Positions 1 to 10,754 of a DNA stretch of 19,567 bases are shown here, one piece after another. Under the pieces are notes generated by a model. That model was not told the DNA's origin. It did no database searches and saw only the letters and a program-made list of their open reading frames with translations. The stretch lies in assembly GCA_024626585.2 (NCBI GenBank), contig JANKJI020000002.1:165428721-165448287 (forward strand). Reading direction: 5' to 3'. A program made the position numbers and the translations under genes. Origin of the DNA: Ginkgo biloba (lineage: Eukaryota > Plantae > Ginkgophyta). The first letter of the stretch is position 1; each line of letters begins with the position of its first letter.

Positions 1-59
1 GACTTCCTCCCTTCATTTCCTCATAATGATTTATTAGGGGGTCGAATTGTTACTGATCA

Positions 60-230
60 GGATTCCATGGCTCAAATTATTAGGCCAATTTGAATGTAAT
101 CCAATCCCCGAGACTTCATAAATTCATATGATATTACATTGTGAGTGACTTTGGTATCTATAATGTAATTATATAAAATGGACTCATTAACATTCATATA
201 TAATATAAAATTGGGGACTATTTACCCTTA
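60..230 (-). pseudogene. Degenerate Ty3/gypsy aspartic protease
   Basis: Reverse strand reads PQFYI.. then, after a frameshift, NVNESILYNYIIDTKVTHNVISYEFMKSRGL. This resembles the plant gypsy protease pattern PPFYISL..LHNCMLDSGASHNxMPxxVMxxLGL, with the catalytic D(S/T)G decayed to DTK. Confidence 0.65.
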
Positions 231-979
231 AAGAAAGTATAGTAGCTTCTAAAACTTCCTTTCCCACAATATCATGAATTTATTTTTCATTTGTCTATAA
301 TACTTCCATCATTCATTCTCTCTATTGGGGCAAGTTCATGGCTTAGTAAACGCTCATTCTAGTTGGGTACTTCCACATATCCTTTAAAATAACATTATAT
401 TGGAAATATGGAGCCTTATTAGTGGAGGGAAATGACTTCAAATCAAGGGGAGACTTAGAATTATGGGTTGATTTATGGGTTTCATTATTTCAAGTTTCCA
501 TGGGTTTCACAACAAGCTTAGGAGAGACTGGATGGTTAGGGGGATCATACCTTTGTGTTGCAATGACCTTAAACTTTTCTTTAAAAACGTGGGATATGGT
601 TTGTTCCACTAGGTATTATTCACTAGTATCAAATTATTCCTCTTCATAACTCAATAGGTTCAAATCTATGGTGACCTCTTCAGTGTGTGACCCTTGTCCA
701 ACTGGCCCTTAATATCTGATATATTACTCGTTTATGGCGAGTTCATCATAGTCTTTATAAGACACTTAATTATTAGATCCATATGTATCCTCATTAGGTC
801 ACTATAGAGAAGTAGCCTTTAGATATGATATCTCCTTTATAATTTTATTATTTATTTTCCTTAACAAGGTTTGCGTTTGAGGATTAGTAACAACTACAAC
901 TGGACCACTTTATTCTTTGGGGATGACAATGTGAAAAGGTTTCGTTTTACCTACCTATATTAATATTTCTTATATGGTG

Positions 980-1560
980 AGGCTTTTTCTATTTAGATCA
1001 TCCAAATTAGTAAGCATCTTTTCCTCCACTGCATACCTCACATTCGGGTCCAATCCTTCTAGGAAACATTCCTTTTGAACCTTAGTATTTGGCCTATAAT
1101 TTTGTCAAATAGAATTTAAAATTATATTGTACCTAATCCTTACCACTCTATTTGTTTTCCATATTTATGGTGGATAGTTATTTAATTAGGGTTGCAACCA
1201 TATTCTCTTTAAAGAATTTGGACCTAAATTATTGTATGAGAGTGGCCAATTCATGATAGACTCATTTATCAAAGATAGGTACCATCTTAAAGATTCCACT
1301 TCAAAAGTGTATGTGAGTAATCTCATAGCAACATTCTCAGAGGTTATATTAAAATTTTCACNNNNNNNNNNNNNNNNNNNNNNNNNNNNNNNNNNNNNNN
1401 NNNNNNNNNNNNNNNNNNNNNNNNNNNNNNNNNNNNNNATGCACACTATTCTCTATTAGGGATAAGGTCAAGATTATAGCTGAGGTAAAGAGGGTGACTA
1501 TTTATCTAAGGTATATCCATTGATATGGGAGGATTTAGAGGGAAAGAAGAATAAAATATG
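980..1560 (-). pseudogene. Degenerate retrotransposon gag (Retrotrans_gag-like)
   Basis: ORF 1186-1446 gives ENVAMRLLTYTFEVESLRWYLSLINESIMNW, similar to EDVxMRLFxxSLxGEARxWYxxLPxxSIxxW. Upstream HPLYLSYNLDLIP and downstream FLEGLDPNVRYAV also fit. Contains stops, frameshifts and a 77-N gap. Confidence 0.7.
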
Positions 1561-1795
1561 ATAGTATGGAATGATCTCACTCTAATAGTAAGGAGATTAC
1601 ACTCTCCGTCTTATAGGGTGATTCCCTTATTTACAAAGAATAAATAATGCTAGGGATTAAGATAAGGTTAATTGTAATGAATAGAAAGGGTATTANNNNN
1701 NNNNNNNNNNNNNNNNNNNNNNNNNNNNNNNNNNNNNNNNNNNNNNNNNNNNNNNNNNNNNNNNNNNNNNNNNNNNNNNNNNNNNNNNNNNNNNN

Positions 1796-2759
1796 CTTAT
1801 CTAGTCATCCAACCAATCCTTTCTTCTTCTTCACCCTAGATTTTCTTCATGAGCTTCAATAATCCATAAATGGCTAGTGCGTAACGTCTCCTTTAGCTCC
1901 AATGAATGGATTAAGTTGAGAATTCAATGCCTTTAATGGATTTCAATCATAAATACCCTATAATAGAATTATATGACATTACCATCCTCTTCTTTGTCCT
2001 CCTCAACCACCTTGTAGTTGTAACATTAGATGCATCCATGTATTAGTAATGGTCTCATGTGTGCACCTTCCTTGGCTCCCTTATGTGCATGCATCTGAAT
2101 TAAAATGATTTATTTGAGTCACATAAGACTCTTCCCAACATTGACCTNNNNNNNNNNATAGGCTCATCTGGCATATATTTCCATTTAGCCTCTAAGGCAT
2201 TCACTTTTGTATGTTAAAATTATGTCAGTTTCACTCTCCCTTCATCTAATATTGTTGGTCATCCCTGAATCATGCCAGTGTATGTTTTATCCTTCCTAAT
2301 GGCGTTAGTTTATGCATGGTCTTTATCAATGATGTCAGTATTCCTTAATTCCCTACTGACCATGTTAGTATCTCTCATTATCATGCTCCATCAATGATGT
2401 TAGTTCCTTTCTTCTCTATCGATGATGTTGGCCATCCATGTGCCTTATCGATGATGTTGTCCACCCCTTGCTAATTCATTGGTGATGTTGATATCTAACG
2501 CCTACTTCACCAATGATGTTGGTCCTTTATTTATTAACGATGTCAATTATATTTTATCAATTTACCAATGAGGTTAGTCTCTAATGCAACTTTCCTAGTG
2601 ATGTCAGTTTATAAAAATTCTTCTTCCATCAACGTAGCTCACCTTAAAATATTATCGGTCTACCAAAATAATATGTTTTTTTTCTATATACATGTCACTC
2701 CACCATACTATGCCAAATTATGCACATTATCAGGGTGCCACCATGATGCTCCTGCATCA
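1796..2759 (-). repeat. 3' LTR (partial; left end lost in a 100-N gap)
   Basis: Colinear with 5755-6716 (offset about 3960), e.g. shared gtctcctttagctccaat, gcatctgaattaaaat and aaggcattcacttttgtatgttaaaatta. Ends ...tgcatca at 2759, i.e. a TGATGCA start on the minus strand. Confidence 0.8.
2295..2608. repeat. 11-unit array of a 15-bp motif (inferred ancestor ACCGACGATGTCGGT) in LTR U3
   Basis: Units start at 2295, 2325, 2355, 2390, 2418, 2447, 2478, 2509, 2533, 2564 and 2594 (e.g. atcaatgatgtcagt, actgaccatgttagt, atcgatgatgttggc, accaatgatgttggt), with dissimilar 9-20 bp spacers. Confidence 0.8.
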
Positions 2760-2770
2760 TCCCCCTTCTT
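2760..2770 (-). other. Polypurine tract (PPT)
   Basis: Plus strand tcccccttctt = minus strand AAGAAGGGGGA, immediately followed by the LTR start TGATG. Homology with the second LTR stops exactly here. Confidence 0.8.
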
Positions 2771-3617
2771 ACAAAAAGACATGAGCTCCTTCTCATAGGC
2801 CNNNNNNNNNNNTTCTTATTTGGATCCTACCTGATGTCTCCTTCCATGAACTCTATCGCCATAACCACATGGATTTGCTGAAATGGCCTCCTTCTTATTT
2901 ATACCATGGCCTCTTTCACCTAGTCAATCTTCTCTTTCCAGCCTACCATATATTGAAAAATTCCCTGCTTAGGATTATACTCTTCATTACTGAGTTTGTT
3001 GATGGATCTTTAGAAATATACCCATGGACCTCTAATGATCTTTGGCATGGATATTTTCTATAACACTCTACCTCTTCATTATTGTTGGCTCTATCTTGGG
3101 ATTTTTAGGAAGCTTTTATACCATTTCCTCTATCATAAAGACATAACGTGCACCTGTCAAACACACACTCCTTATAGGTTACTTTGTTGANNNNNNNNNN
3201 NNNNNNNNNNNNNNNNNNNNNNNNNNNNNNNNNNNNNNNNNNNNNNNNNNNNNNNNNNNNNNTCATTCATCATTCATTACTTGTATGTCATATTGCCATG
3301 GTCTACTTAACAAAATATGGTAGGAATCCATAGGAATGACATCACATCATATGCTATCATTGTAATATCCTAGTTGAATGGTCACCAAGCACTTTTTCGG
3401 GATGGTGATGTTGCTACCCTTCTCAAACTAATAAACTCTATATAGAGCTTCATGTTGATGTCGACGTAAACCCAATTTTCTCACCAACTCCTTCGACGTC
3501 ATATTTTTATTTCTTCCACCATCCATAATCACGTACTCTTCTATGCTTCCAACATCTAGTTAGTCTTCTATGATCATACGATACTATGTTCAACCTCCTT
3601 CTATGGTGGAAAATAAA

Positions 3618-4526
3618 NNNNNNNNNNNNNNNNNNNNNNNNNNNNNNNNNNNNNNNNNNNNNNNNNNNNNNNNNNNNNNNNNNNNNNNNNNNNNNNNNNN
3701 NNNNNNNNNNNNNNNNNNNNNNNNNNNNNNNNNNNNNNNNNNNNNNNNNNNNNNNNNNNNNNNNNNNNNNNNNNNNNNNNNNNNNNNNNNNNNNNNNNNN
3801 NNNNNNNNNNNNNNNNNNNNNNNNNNNNNNNNNNNNNNNNNNNNNNNNNNNNNNNNNNNNNNNNNNNNNNNNNNNNNNNNNNNNNNNNNNNNNNNNNNNN
3901 NNNNNNNNNNNNNNNNNNNNNNNNNNNNNNNNNNNNNNNNNNNNNNNNNNNNNNNNNNNNNNNNNNNNNNNNNNNNNNNNNNNNNNNNNNNNNNNNNNNN
4001 NNNNNNNNNNNNNNNNNNNNNNNNNNNNNNNNNNNNNNNNNNNNNNNNNNNNNNNNNNNNNNNNNNNNNNNNNNNNNNNNNNNNNNNNNNNNNNNNNNNN
4101 NNNNNNNNNNNNNNNNNNNNNNNNNNNNNNNNNNNNNNNNNNNNNNNNNNNNNNNNNNNNNNNNNNNNNNNNNNNNNNNNNNNNNNNNNNNNNNNNNNNN
4201 NNNNNNNNNNNNNNNNNNNNNNNNNNNNNNNNNNNNNNNNNNNNNNNNNNNNNNNNNNNNNNNNNNNNNNNNNNNNNNNNNNNNNNNNNNNNNNNNNNNN
4301 NNNNNNNNNNNNNNNNNNNNNNNNNNNNNNNNNNNNNNNNNNNNNNNNNNNNNNNNNNNNNNNNNNNNNNNNNNNNNNNNNNNNNNNNNNNNNNNNNNNN
4401 NNNNNNNNNNNNNNNNNNNNNNNNNNNNNNNNNNNNNNNNNNNNNNNNNNNNNNNNNNNNNNNNNNNNNNNNNNNNNNNNNNNNNNNNNNNNNNNNNNNN
4501 NNNNNNNNNNNNNNNNNNNNNNNNNN
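3618..4526. other. Assembly gap (909 N)
   Basis: N run. Other gaps: 1362-1438, 1696-1795, 2148-2157, 2802-2812, 3191-3262, 10655-10754, 12395-12494, 15342-15391 and 16565-16664. Confidence 0.99.
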
Positions 4527-4641
4527 GTGACATATTGACTTCTATTATGCATGTTGATACTAGTTATTATACTCTGGCACCAACTATTAATACCAAATTT
4601 CCTCCTCAATTTAATAGAGAACTTGTCTTTGGATTTTCTTA

Positions 4642-4651
4642 GCTCTGACCA
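4642..4651 (-). other. Degenerate tRNA-iMet primer binding site
   Basis: gctctgacca equals gctctgatacca (reverse complement of TGGTATCAGAGC) with 2 nt missing. It is followed by cc and taatgca, a near inverted copy of the LTR end tgcatca. Confidence 0.5.
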
Positions 4652-5032
4652 CCTAATGCAATGCATTCGATGACACCTGATTGTACATCATGTAGATGTG
4701 CACGTGCCCTCAAAATATTCAAACTTTTTATTTCATAAATTCCCGTTATTAGATAGCATAGGGCCACGTCAACACTATCGATATCTTTAGACCATGTCAC
4801 ATGTCAATATTAGCCAGATAGATGCTAATAATGGATTTGATTCATTGACATCAATACCTACAGCTCTATTGATCGTTAGAATACTCTAAAGAACTCCAAG
4901 CTGACATTGTTTATGAACTTTTCACACTATGTCACTGCCACCCTACCTTTCAGGATCTCAGCAGATAGATATTTCATCAATGTCGACTCACTCCCAGGCA
5001 AAGTCTTCAATCTGTCACGTCGGCGATAGCTT

Positions 5033-5469
5033 TGTTAATGACCCACAAGAAATCAACCATGCCAATAATTTATGATTTATTTAGAAATATGAAATAAAGT
5101 ATCAATATATAAAGGACATCAAAGTGACACATGATATTTTAACTAGAGAAACCCTCACAGGGAATAAAACTCTAGATGCATTAATAATCAATAATTATCA
5201 CTAATTACGTCAGCCTCTATGGATCTTCCCCACTATTGGAGGGCCAATACATGTAATTATAAATAGATTAATATGTTGGGCCACTGCCCCTAAACCTTAA
5301 GTTGCCTCACCTAGCATGCCTGATTGGCATTCCATAACTATTGTGTCTCTGATAGATTCTTCCATGCCTCACTTCACTATTTTAGGATAGAATTTCACGT
5401 TGCCCCACCTAAGTTACCTCTCCCTCGATAATATGCCTGATTATTCAATCTTTGTTGGCTAATACAACA
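5033..5469 (-). mobile_element. Possible nested solo LTR (copia-like)
   Basis: tgttaa...caaca termini and an internal gacacatgatattttaac..gaaaccct motif reminiscent of plant LTR ends. Flanks agctt/ctctt match only 3 of 5, so a TSD is not established. Confidence 0.3.
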
Positions 5470-6253
5470 CTCTTCATCTCACTCACATGATCCCTATATG
5501 TATGGAAACACATCCAATATCTATAATTTTCCTCCACTTGGCTTTCCTTCTATATTTTTGTACACGCCTCTAACTTGGGCTTTAAATTTATTTTTCAATT
5601 CCTCTCAGGGGTTTGAATCCTCAACACACCCTCTAATTTCCCCATTGAATCATACTACCCAATTCTTCCCATGACTTTAACACTCAAACCTTATCTAAAA
5701 ATCTAATATTCTAACACCTCTAGCAACCAATCCTTTCTCTCTAGTAATCCCCTTAACCAAATAACCAACCAACCCTTTCTTCTTCTATGCTCTAAATTTT
5801 ATGCCCGAGCTTCAATTGGCCATAGATAGATTATGGAGCTAGTGCATAATGTCTCCTTTAGCTCCAATAGATAGATTATGTGAGAATTCAATGCCTTCAA
5901 TGGCTTGTAGTTATAAATTCAATACAATGATATTCTAGGGCATCGCCATCCTCTTCTTCATCTTCCTTAGTCGTCTAGTAGTTACAACATTAAATGCGTC
6001 CACATACTAGTAATGATCCCCTATTTATGCCATCCTTAGCTCCCTTGGTTGTATGCATCTGAATTAAAATCGTTTATTTGAGTCACATAAGAATCTTCCC
6101 AAAATCAACCTATTACATAGGCTCATCCAACATAGCTTTCCATTCAGCCTCCAAGGCATTCACTTTTGTATGTTAAAATTATATCAGTTTCACTCTCCCT
6201 TAATCCAATGTTGTTGATCCTCCCCAAATCATGTCATTTTCAATTTCATCCTT

Positions 6254-6567
6254 CTTGATGATGTAAATTTTTTCTTGGTCTCTACCAATGATTTTAGTCT
6301 TCCTCAATGCCCCACTGACAATGTTAGTCTCTCTCATTATTATGCTCCATTGACGATGTCGATTCCTTTCTTCCCTATCAACGATGTCAGTCTACCATGT
6401 GCCTTACTAACAATGTTGGCCACACCTTGCTAATCCATCAATAATGCTGATCTCTTACATCTACTTCATTGAAGATGTCGGTCCCTTCTTTATTGATGAT
6501 GTCGGTTATCTTTTATCAATCTATCGACGAGGTTAGTCTCTGACGCAACTTCCCTAATGACATAAAT
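6254..6567. repeat. Sister copy of the 11-unit motif array
   Basis: Units start at 6254, 6284, 6314, 6349, 6377, 6406, 6437, 6468, 6492, 6523 and 6553, a constant offset of 3959 from the first array. Intact GTCGGT remains at 6477 and 6501. Confidence 0.8.
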
Positions 6568-7179
6568 TTATAAAAATTCTTTCATTGACATAGATCATCA
6601 TAAAATATTGTTGGTGTGCCAAAATAATATATGTATTTGCTACATTCATGTTGTTATACCATCCTACACCAAAATTGTACACGTTATCAAGGTGCCATCG
6701 TGATGCTCCTTCATCACACGATTGACTAAATGGCATTACCAAACTAATTATAAATAATGAAGCATAAAAGATTGTTCATTATTAATATCCAATGGAATCA
6801 CTACATGAATATAAAATAAAATAATATTTCATTTCATAAAGAAAATATATTACAAGGTTCATATTATAACATAACCAAAAATAGAAGACTCAAAAATCTA
6901 TTTTCTAATAAAATGACATTAACAAAGTCTCATATTCAGACTAGTTCTACTAAAATTCTACTCCTCTAACAACTCTAAATTATAATAGGACCGAGTGAAC
7001 AATAAAAAAATTCTAGAACCCCATACAATATACTCTTGCATCTTCTTATAATCTTCCATATAAATGTGTTGCGTAACTACTAGTAACTTCTTCTTATCTC
7101 CCTCAGTAGTTGGTTAGCATGTGAATACTTATGGAAGAACTTTATTATGATTAAAATAACCATTCTAGATATCACCATC

Positions 7180-8700
7180 TAGTATGTGTTATACCTTTGT
7201 ATTATATCTAAAAAATACTTGAAGTGATTGGAAACTAACTTTCCTAATTGTGTCAAAACTACTCCCTTAGCATGCCCTGAAGCATCTACCTCCACCTCAA
7301 AAGGAAACTAAAGGTTGGGCATCACCTAAATTGGTGTTTAATATAATCGGTGTTTGATCAAATCAAAATAATCATGATATTATTTACCCTAATTCAAGCC
7401 CTTCTTTGCCTTTGTAATATGATGTAGAAGAGAAACAATATCAAGAAATCCTAGCATAAACTTCCTATAGAAGTTGGAAATTTCGTGCACATTGGTTAGT
7501 TGTCCCTAATCCCTCAAGACCTCAATATTTGTTGGATAAAATATAAATCCTTACTCATCAATAGTAAAGCTAAGTTAAAAAATTATATGCATGAAAAATA
7601 TGCACTTATCTATGTTAACCTATAATGGATGCCCCCCCAATTGCTAGAAAACCTTCTAAATATGAATCAAGTACTCCTCCCAAGTACATCTAAATATGAT
7701 AATGTCATCAAGATATACTATGATGAAGGAGTACAGGAAGGGTTGAAGAACATCACTCATCAACCTCATGAATGTTGTAGGGGTGTTGGTCAATCCAAAA
7801 GGAATTAATAACCACTCAAAGAGATCTTATTTGGTCTTGAATTCTCTCTTTCATATATCCTCCTCTTGAATTCACACTTGATGGTATCCTAACTTCAAAT
7901 CAATATTTTTGAAGTGTAGGGAACCTTACAACTAATCCATAAAGACATCAATACATGGAAGTGGATATATTTTCTTCTTTGTTATTTTGTTGATCACCCT
8001 ATAATCAATGCATATGGTCTTATATGCCCCTTCTCCAATAAATTTGAAACATACCTCTTTATCTCCTCATTATCCATAAATTATATTGATAGAGACTTTC
8101 ATTGGGCAATGAATCCCCTTACTCAAGACCAGTCCCATATGAAATGGATCTCTTTATAGGTAAGTCATCATGATATATGAATATATCCTAAAACTTGAAC
8201 AATATATACTTGACTTCTTATTCCTATTTTCCATGCTCAAGAGTTATCTCTAATTCACTTTGAGTCTTTAGACTTAACTCAAAATGACCTCTCAACACAA
8301 TCAAAACAAACTTCTAGGAAGATTTCACCAACCTCTTATCTTGTACAATATTCACTATAATAGAAGATCTAGGAACACTAATAGATGAATGGAAAAAATA
8401 TTCTTCTTATTAATCATAATACACTTCCCTTGATAGGGAATAATATTTAAGCAACACACTGGTACAATCCATGAGCACCACATTGTAGGTAATCTCATCA
8501 ACATACTCCTTAATGATTACTAATTTGAAGTTGCACTAATGAGTAATGCCTTCACTCTCATCCTTATTTTAGCTACTAATCTTATAGGGATTTGTATGCT
8601 TCTAAAGCTCTAATCCCAAATCCTATACCATGGAAACTGAAACCAAATTCTTCTGACTGTCACTATCAAGTATATCTAGTACTAATCTTCCCTTAACCTA
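7180..8700 (-). pseudogene. Degenerate Ty3/gypsy (chromovirus-like) pol: protease, reverse transcriptase, partial RNase H
   Basis: Protease ILDSDSQKNLVS (about 8640-8675). RT ICIDYRVINKITKKKIYPLPCID..IDLKLGYHQV..FEWLLIPFGLTNTPTTFMRLMSDVLQPFLYSFIIVYLDDIIIF, with YLDD at 7704-7715. RNase H FPFEVEVDASGHAKGVVLTQ (about 7250-7310). Many stops and deletions. Confidence 0.92.
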
Positions 8701-8829
8701 CAACATCAATTTCAAGAGTCTATCCTGCGCCTTGCTTTTGTCCTTTGTGTTGATAAGGGCAATTGAGAGGTCAGGCTCCCTTGATGTGATAGCAACCTCA
8801 AGCACTCTCCTCTTCCCTCTCTACTTCCT

Positions 8830-9500
8830 CTAATGAAGAGATCTAGGCACCTTCTCGAGATGCAACTCGAAGAAATTAGCTTCATCATATTCCTTCCTAC
8901 TACAATGACCACAATTCTTTGACTTGTCAAAACTTATCTTCTTCACGTCCCTTCTAGAAGAAGATAAAAGAGAAGTAGTGGCCTTTATGCTTGGCCCTTC
9001 CCTATAAATCCTATGAAGCCTTCTTCCTAGCTTTAATCTTTGAGGAAAACCTGTATGCCTCCTAAATGGTATGCAATGGAAATAACTCAACGTCATACCT
9101 CAAATAGTTATGAATTCCTCTAATCAACTTAAGAACTATCTTCACAATCAGTTCCCTAATACATAACTAGAACAAGAGATCCTAAGACTCACCATAATAA
9201 TCTTATCGATACTACCCTACTTTATTTACAAAGATATTATCACTTAAGGTAGAACTCATCCTCATAATCAAGAGGATAAAATATTTTCTTTAATTCCTTG
9301 TTGAACCCTATCCAAGAAGTTAATGGAGGTTATCCCCCTTCTCTTGTGACCTACAAAAATAATCCTACCAAATTAGATCCTTTCTCAACATATTCAACAT
9401 AGCAAAGGATATTAAATACTCATATAAATATGATTAGCAAGAAAAATACACTTCTAGGTTTTGTATCCAAGTCTCTAAAGACTTTACATTCATATTCTCA
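8830..9500 (-). pseudogene. Degenerate gag with decayed zinc knuckle
   Basis: PPLTSWIGFNKELKKIFYP (about 9275-9335). ORF 8830-9096 contains CGHCSRKEYDEANFFELH, a decayed CxxCx4Hx4C (cf. CxHCxKxGHxExxCWKLHPE). Confidence 0.75.
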
Positions 9501-10084
9501 TCAAAAATATTTATCTCAACCTTTGACTCAAACTAGAAGGGGTTTTATCCCAAGTATAGCTACACTAGAGAACCTATAGTAGGAGAAATAAAATGCTAAG
9601 AGTAATTCAAAATGGAATTCAAAGGATGAGGTAAAGGAGGAGTCACCACTAGTAGTGGAACTATAAAATAAGAATCACTTCAAGATGAAATCTATGTCTT
9701 CATTTATTGCATGAGTGTAAGAAGTCTTCCTATGGAATCATGACTCTCCTTTATATATCTATGGATATCCCTCTCCTCCCATTTCATATTCCATATCATA
9801 GTCTACATCTAATATACTTAGTCCTTAACAGTTCACTCTTGAAAATCCCCCAACTCACTTAGTTGATCCCTCTTTGTATATTCTATCTTTGACTAGATTA
9901 AAAAGGAATTATCTAGTGATGGCATATGGGTTTTGTTTCCCTCTCCCATGTATTCCACTTTCTTTGTATCTAGGACTATAATCCTAGACATAGATCCAAT
10001 GGACACCATACAAGGGAAATAAAAAAGTTTAAAATGGACCAAAGAAAATTAAACTAATTTTCTCACTCAACTCAGAGTGACTAT

Positions 10085-10096
10085 GCTCTGATATTA
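10085..10096 (-). other. Degenerate tRNA-iMet PBS of the chromovirus-like element
   Basis: gctctgatatta vs canonical gctctgatacca (two C>T changes), positioned upstream of gag on the minus strand. Confidence 0.7.
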
Positions 10097-10098
10097 AT

Positions 10099-10525
10099 TA
10101 ATATATCCTTGGTAGGGGATAGAAGGTTGAACCTTCATTATGTGAAAGTGTCTTAAAATAACCAAGGAATGATAAAGTTTTGAAATACATTAATGTTGTA
10201 TAAGATTCATAATCAACCCCTCTATATGGGATAAACCTTATTATCCATGTCAGGAAAGACTATTTTTTTATTCTCTAGAGAAAAAGGCATGACATCATGT
10301 AGTGCATAGTATATTTTCCTACCCATGCCATATTTTTTCTTGAGGGCATTACTACATTTTCCTCCTATGCTATGTGTTTTTACTCTAAAATATAAAGGAA
10401 TATTACATGCACATGTGGACTTCACACACAAACTGAAATATAAACTTGATAGAATCCTATTGACCTACAAACACTCCCAATAACTAAATATTCTCTAGTC
10501 ATATAATATTTAACATAAGTTATCA
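10099..10525 (-). repeat. Putative 5' LTR of the chromovirus-like element (about 430 bp)
   Basis: Starts 2 nt from the PBS with taata (decayed TGATA) and ends tatca at 10525. There is no second copy in the window to confirm it. Confidence 0.45.
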
Positions 10526-10754
10526 ATAAATAATAAAAATAACTCATAATAAGAATCAATAGTGATTAGATAGTAAAAGAAGAAGTTCTTCATTATTCTC
10601 TCAATACTACTACTAATAAACACATAATAATACAAAATATATACATGGTTAATTNNNNNNNNNNNNNNNNNNNNNNNNNNNNNNNNNNNNNNNNNNNNNN
10701 NNNNNNNNNNNNNNNNNNNNNNNNNNNNNNNNNNNNNNNNNNNNNNNNNNNNNN

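Larger units (their letters stand above)
1796..6716 (-). mobile_element. LTR retrotransposon with two LTR copies and no visible pol (possibly non-autonomous)
   Basis: Direct repeat 1796-2759 vs about 5755-6716. A PPT abuts the left copy and a PBS-like motif lies at 4642-4651. The internal region 2760-4641 is about half N and shows no RT or IN motif. Confidence 0.7.
4654..6716 (-). repeat. 5' LTR (about 2.06 kb including a possible insertion)
   Basis: The right 960 bp match the 3' LTR and end ...ttcatca at 6716. The left boundary is inferred from the PBS-like motif and the terminal inverted repeat. Confidence 0.6.

Noticed and set aside
422-649. Short plus-strand ORFs (also 1232-1459, 2568-2798, 2869-3063, 10919-11113, 13002-13184, 14595-14849)
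   Set aside because: No recognisable motifs; they are antisense to decayed retroelement frames or lie within LTR/non-coding DNA.
2295-2608. CRISPR array
   Set aside because: The repeats are only 15 bp and degenerate, the spacers are 9-20 bp, there are no cas genes, and the whole array is duplicated as part of a eukaryotic LTR.
3570-4666. Four 310-358 aa ORFs
   Set aside because: They are almost entirely X, i.e. read-through of the 909-N gap. The same applies to the other gap-spanning ORFs.
6717-6721. Target-site duplication of the long-LTR element
   Set aside because: The opposite flank is hidden in the 1696-1795 gap, so it cannot be tested.
7180-8100. Functional RT, retron or DGR-type system
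   Set aside because: The RT is typical Ty3/gypsy in gag-PR-RT-RH order, with many in-frame stops and deletions.
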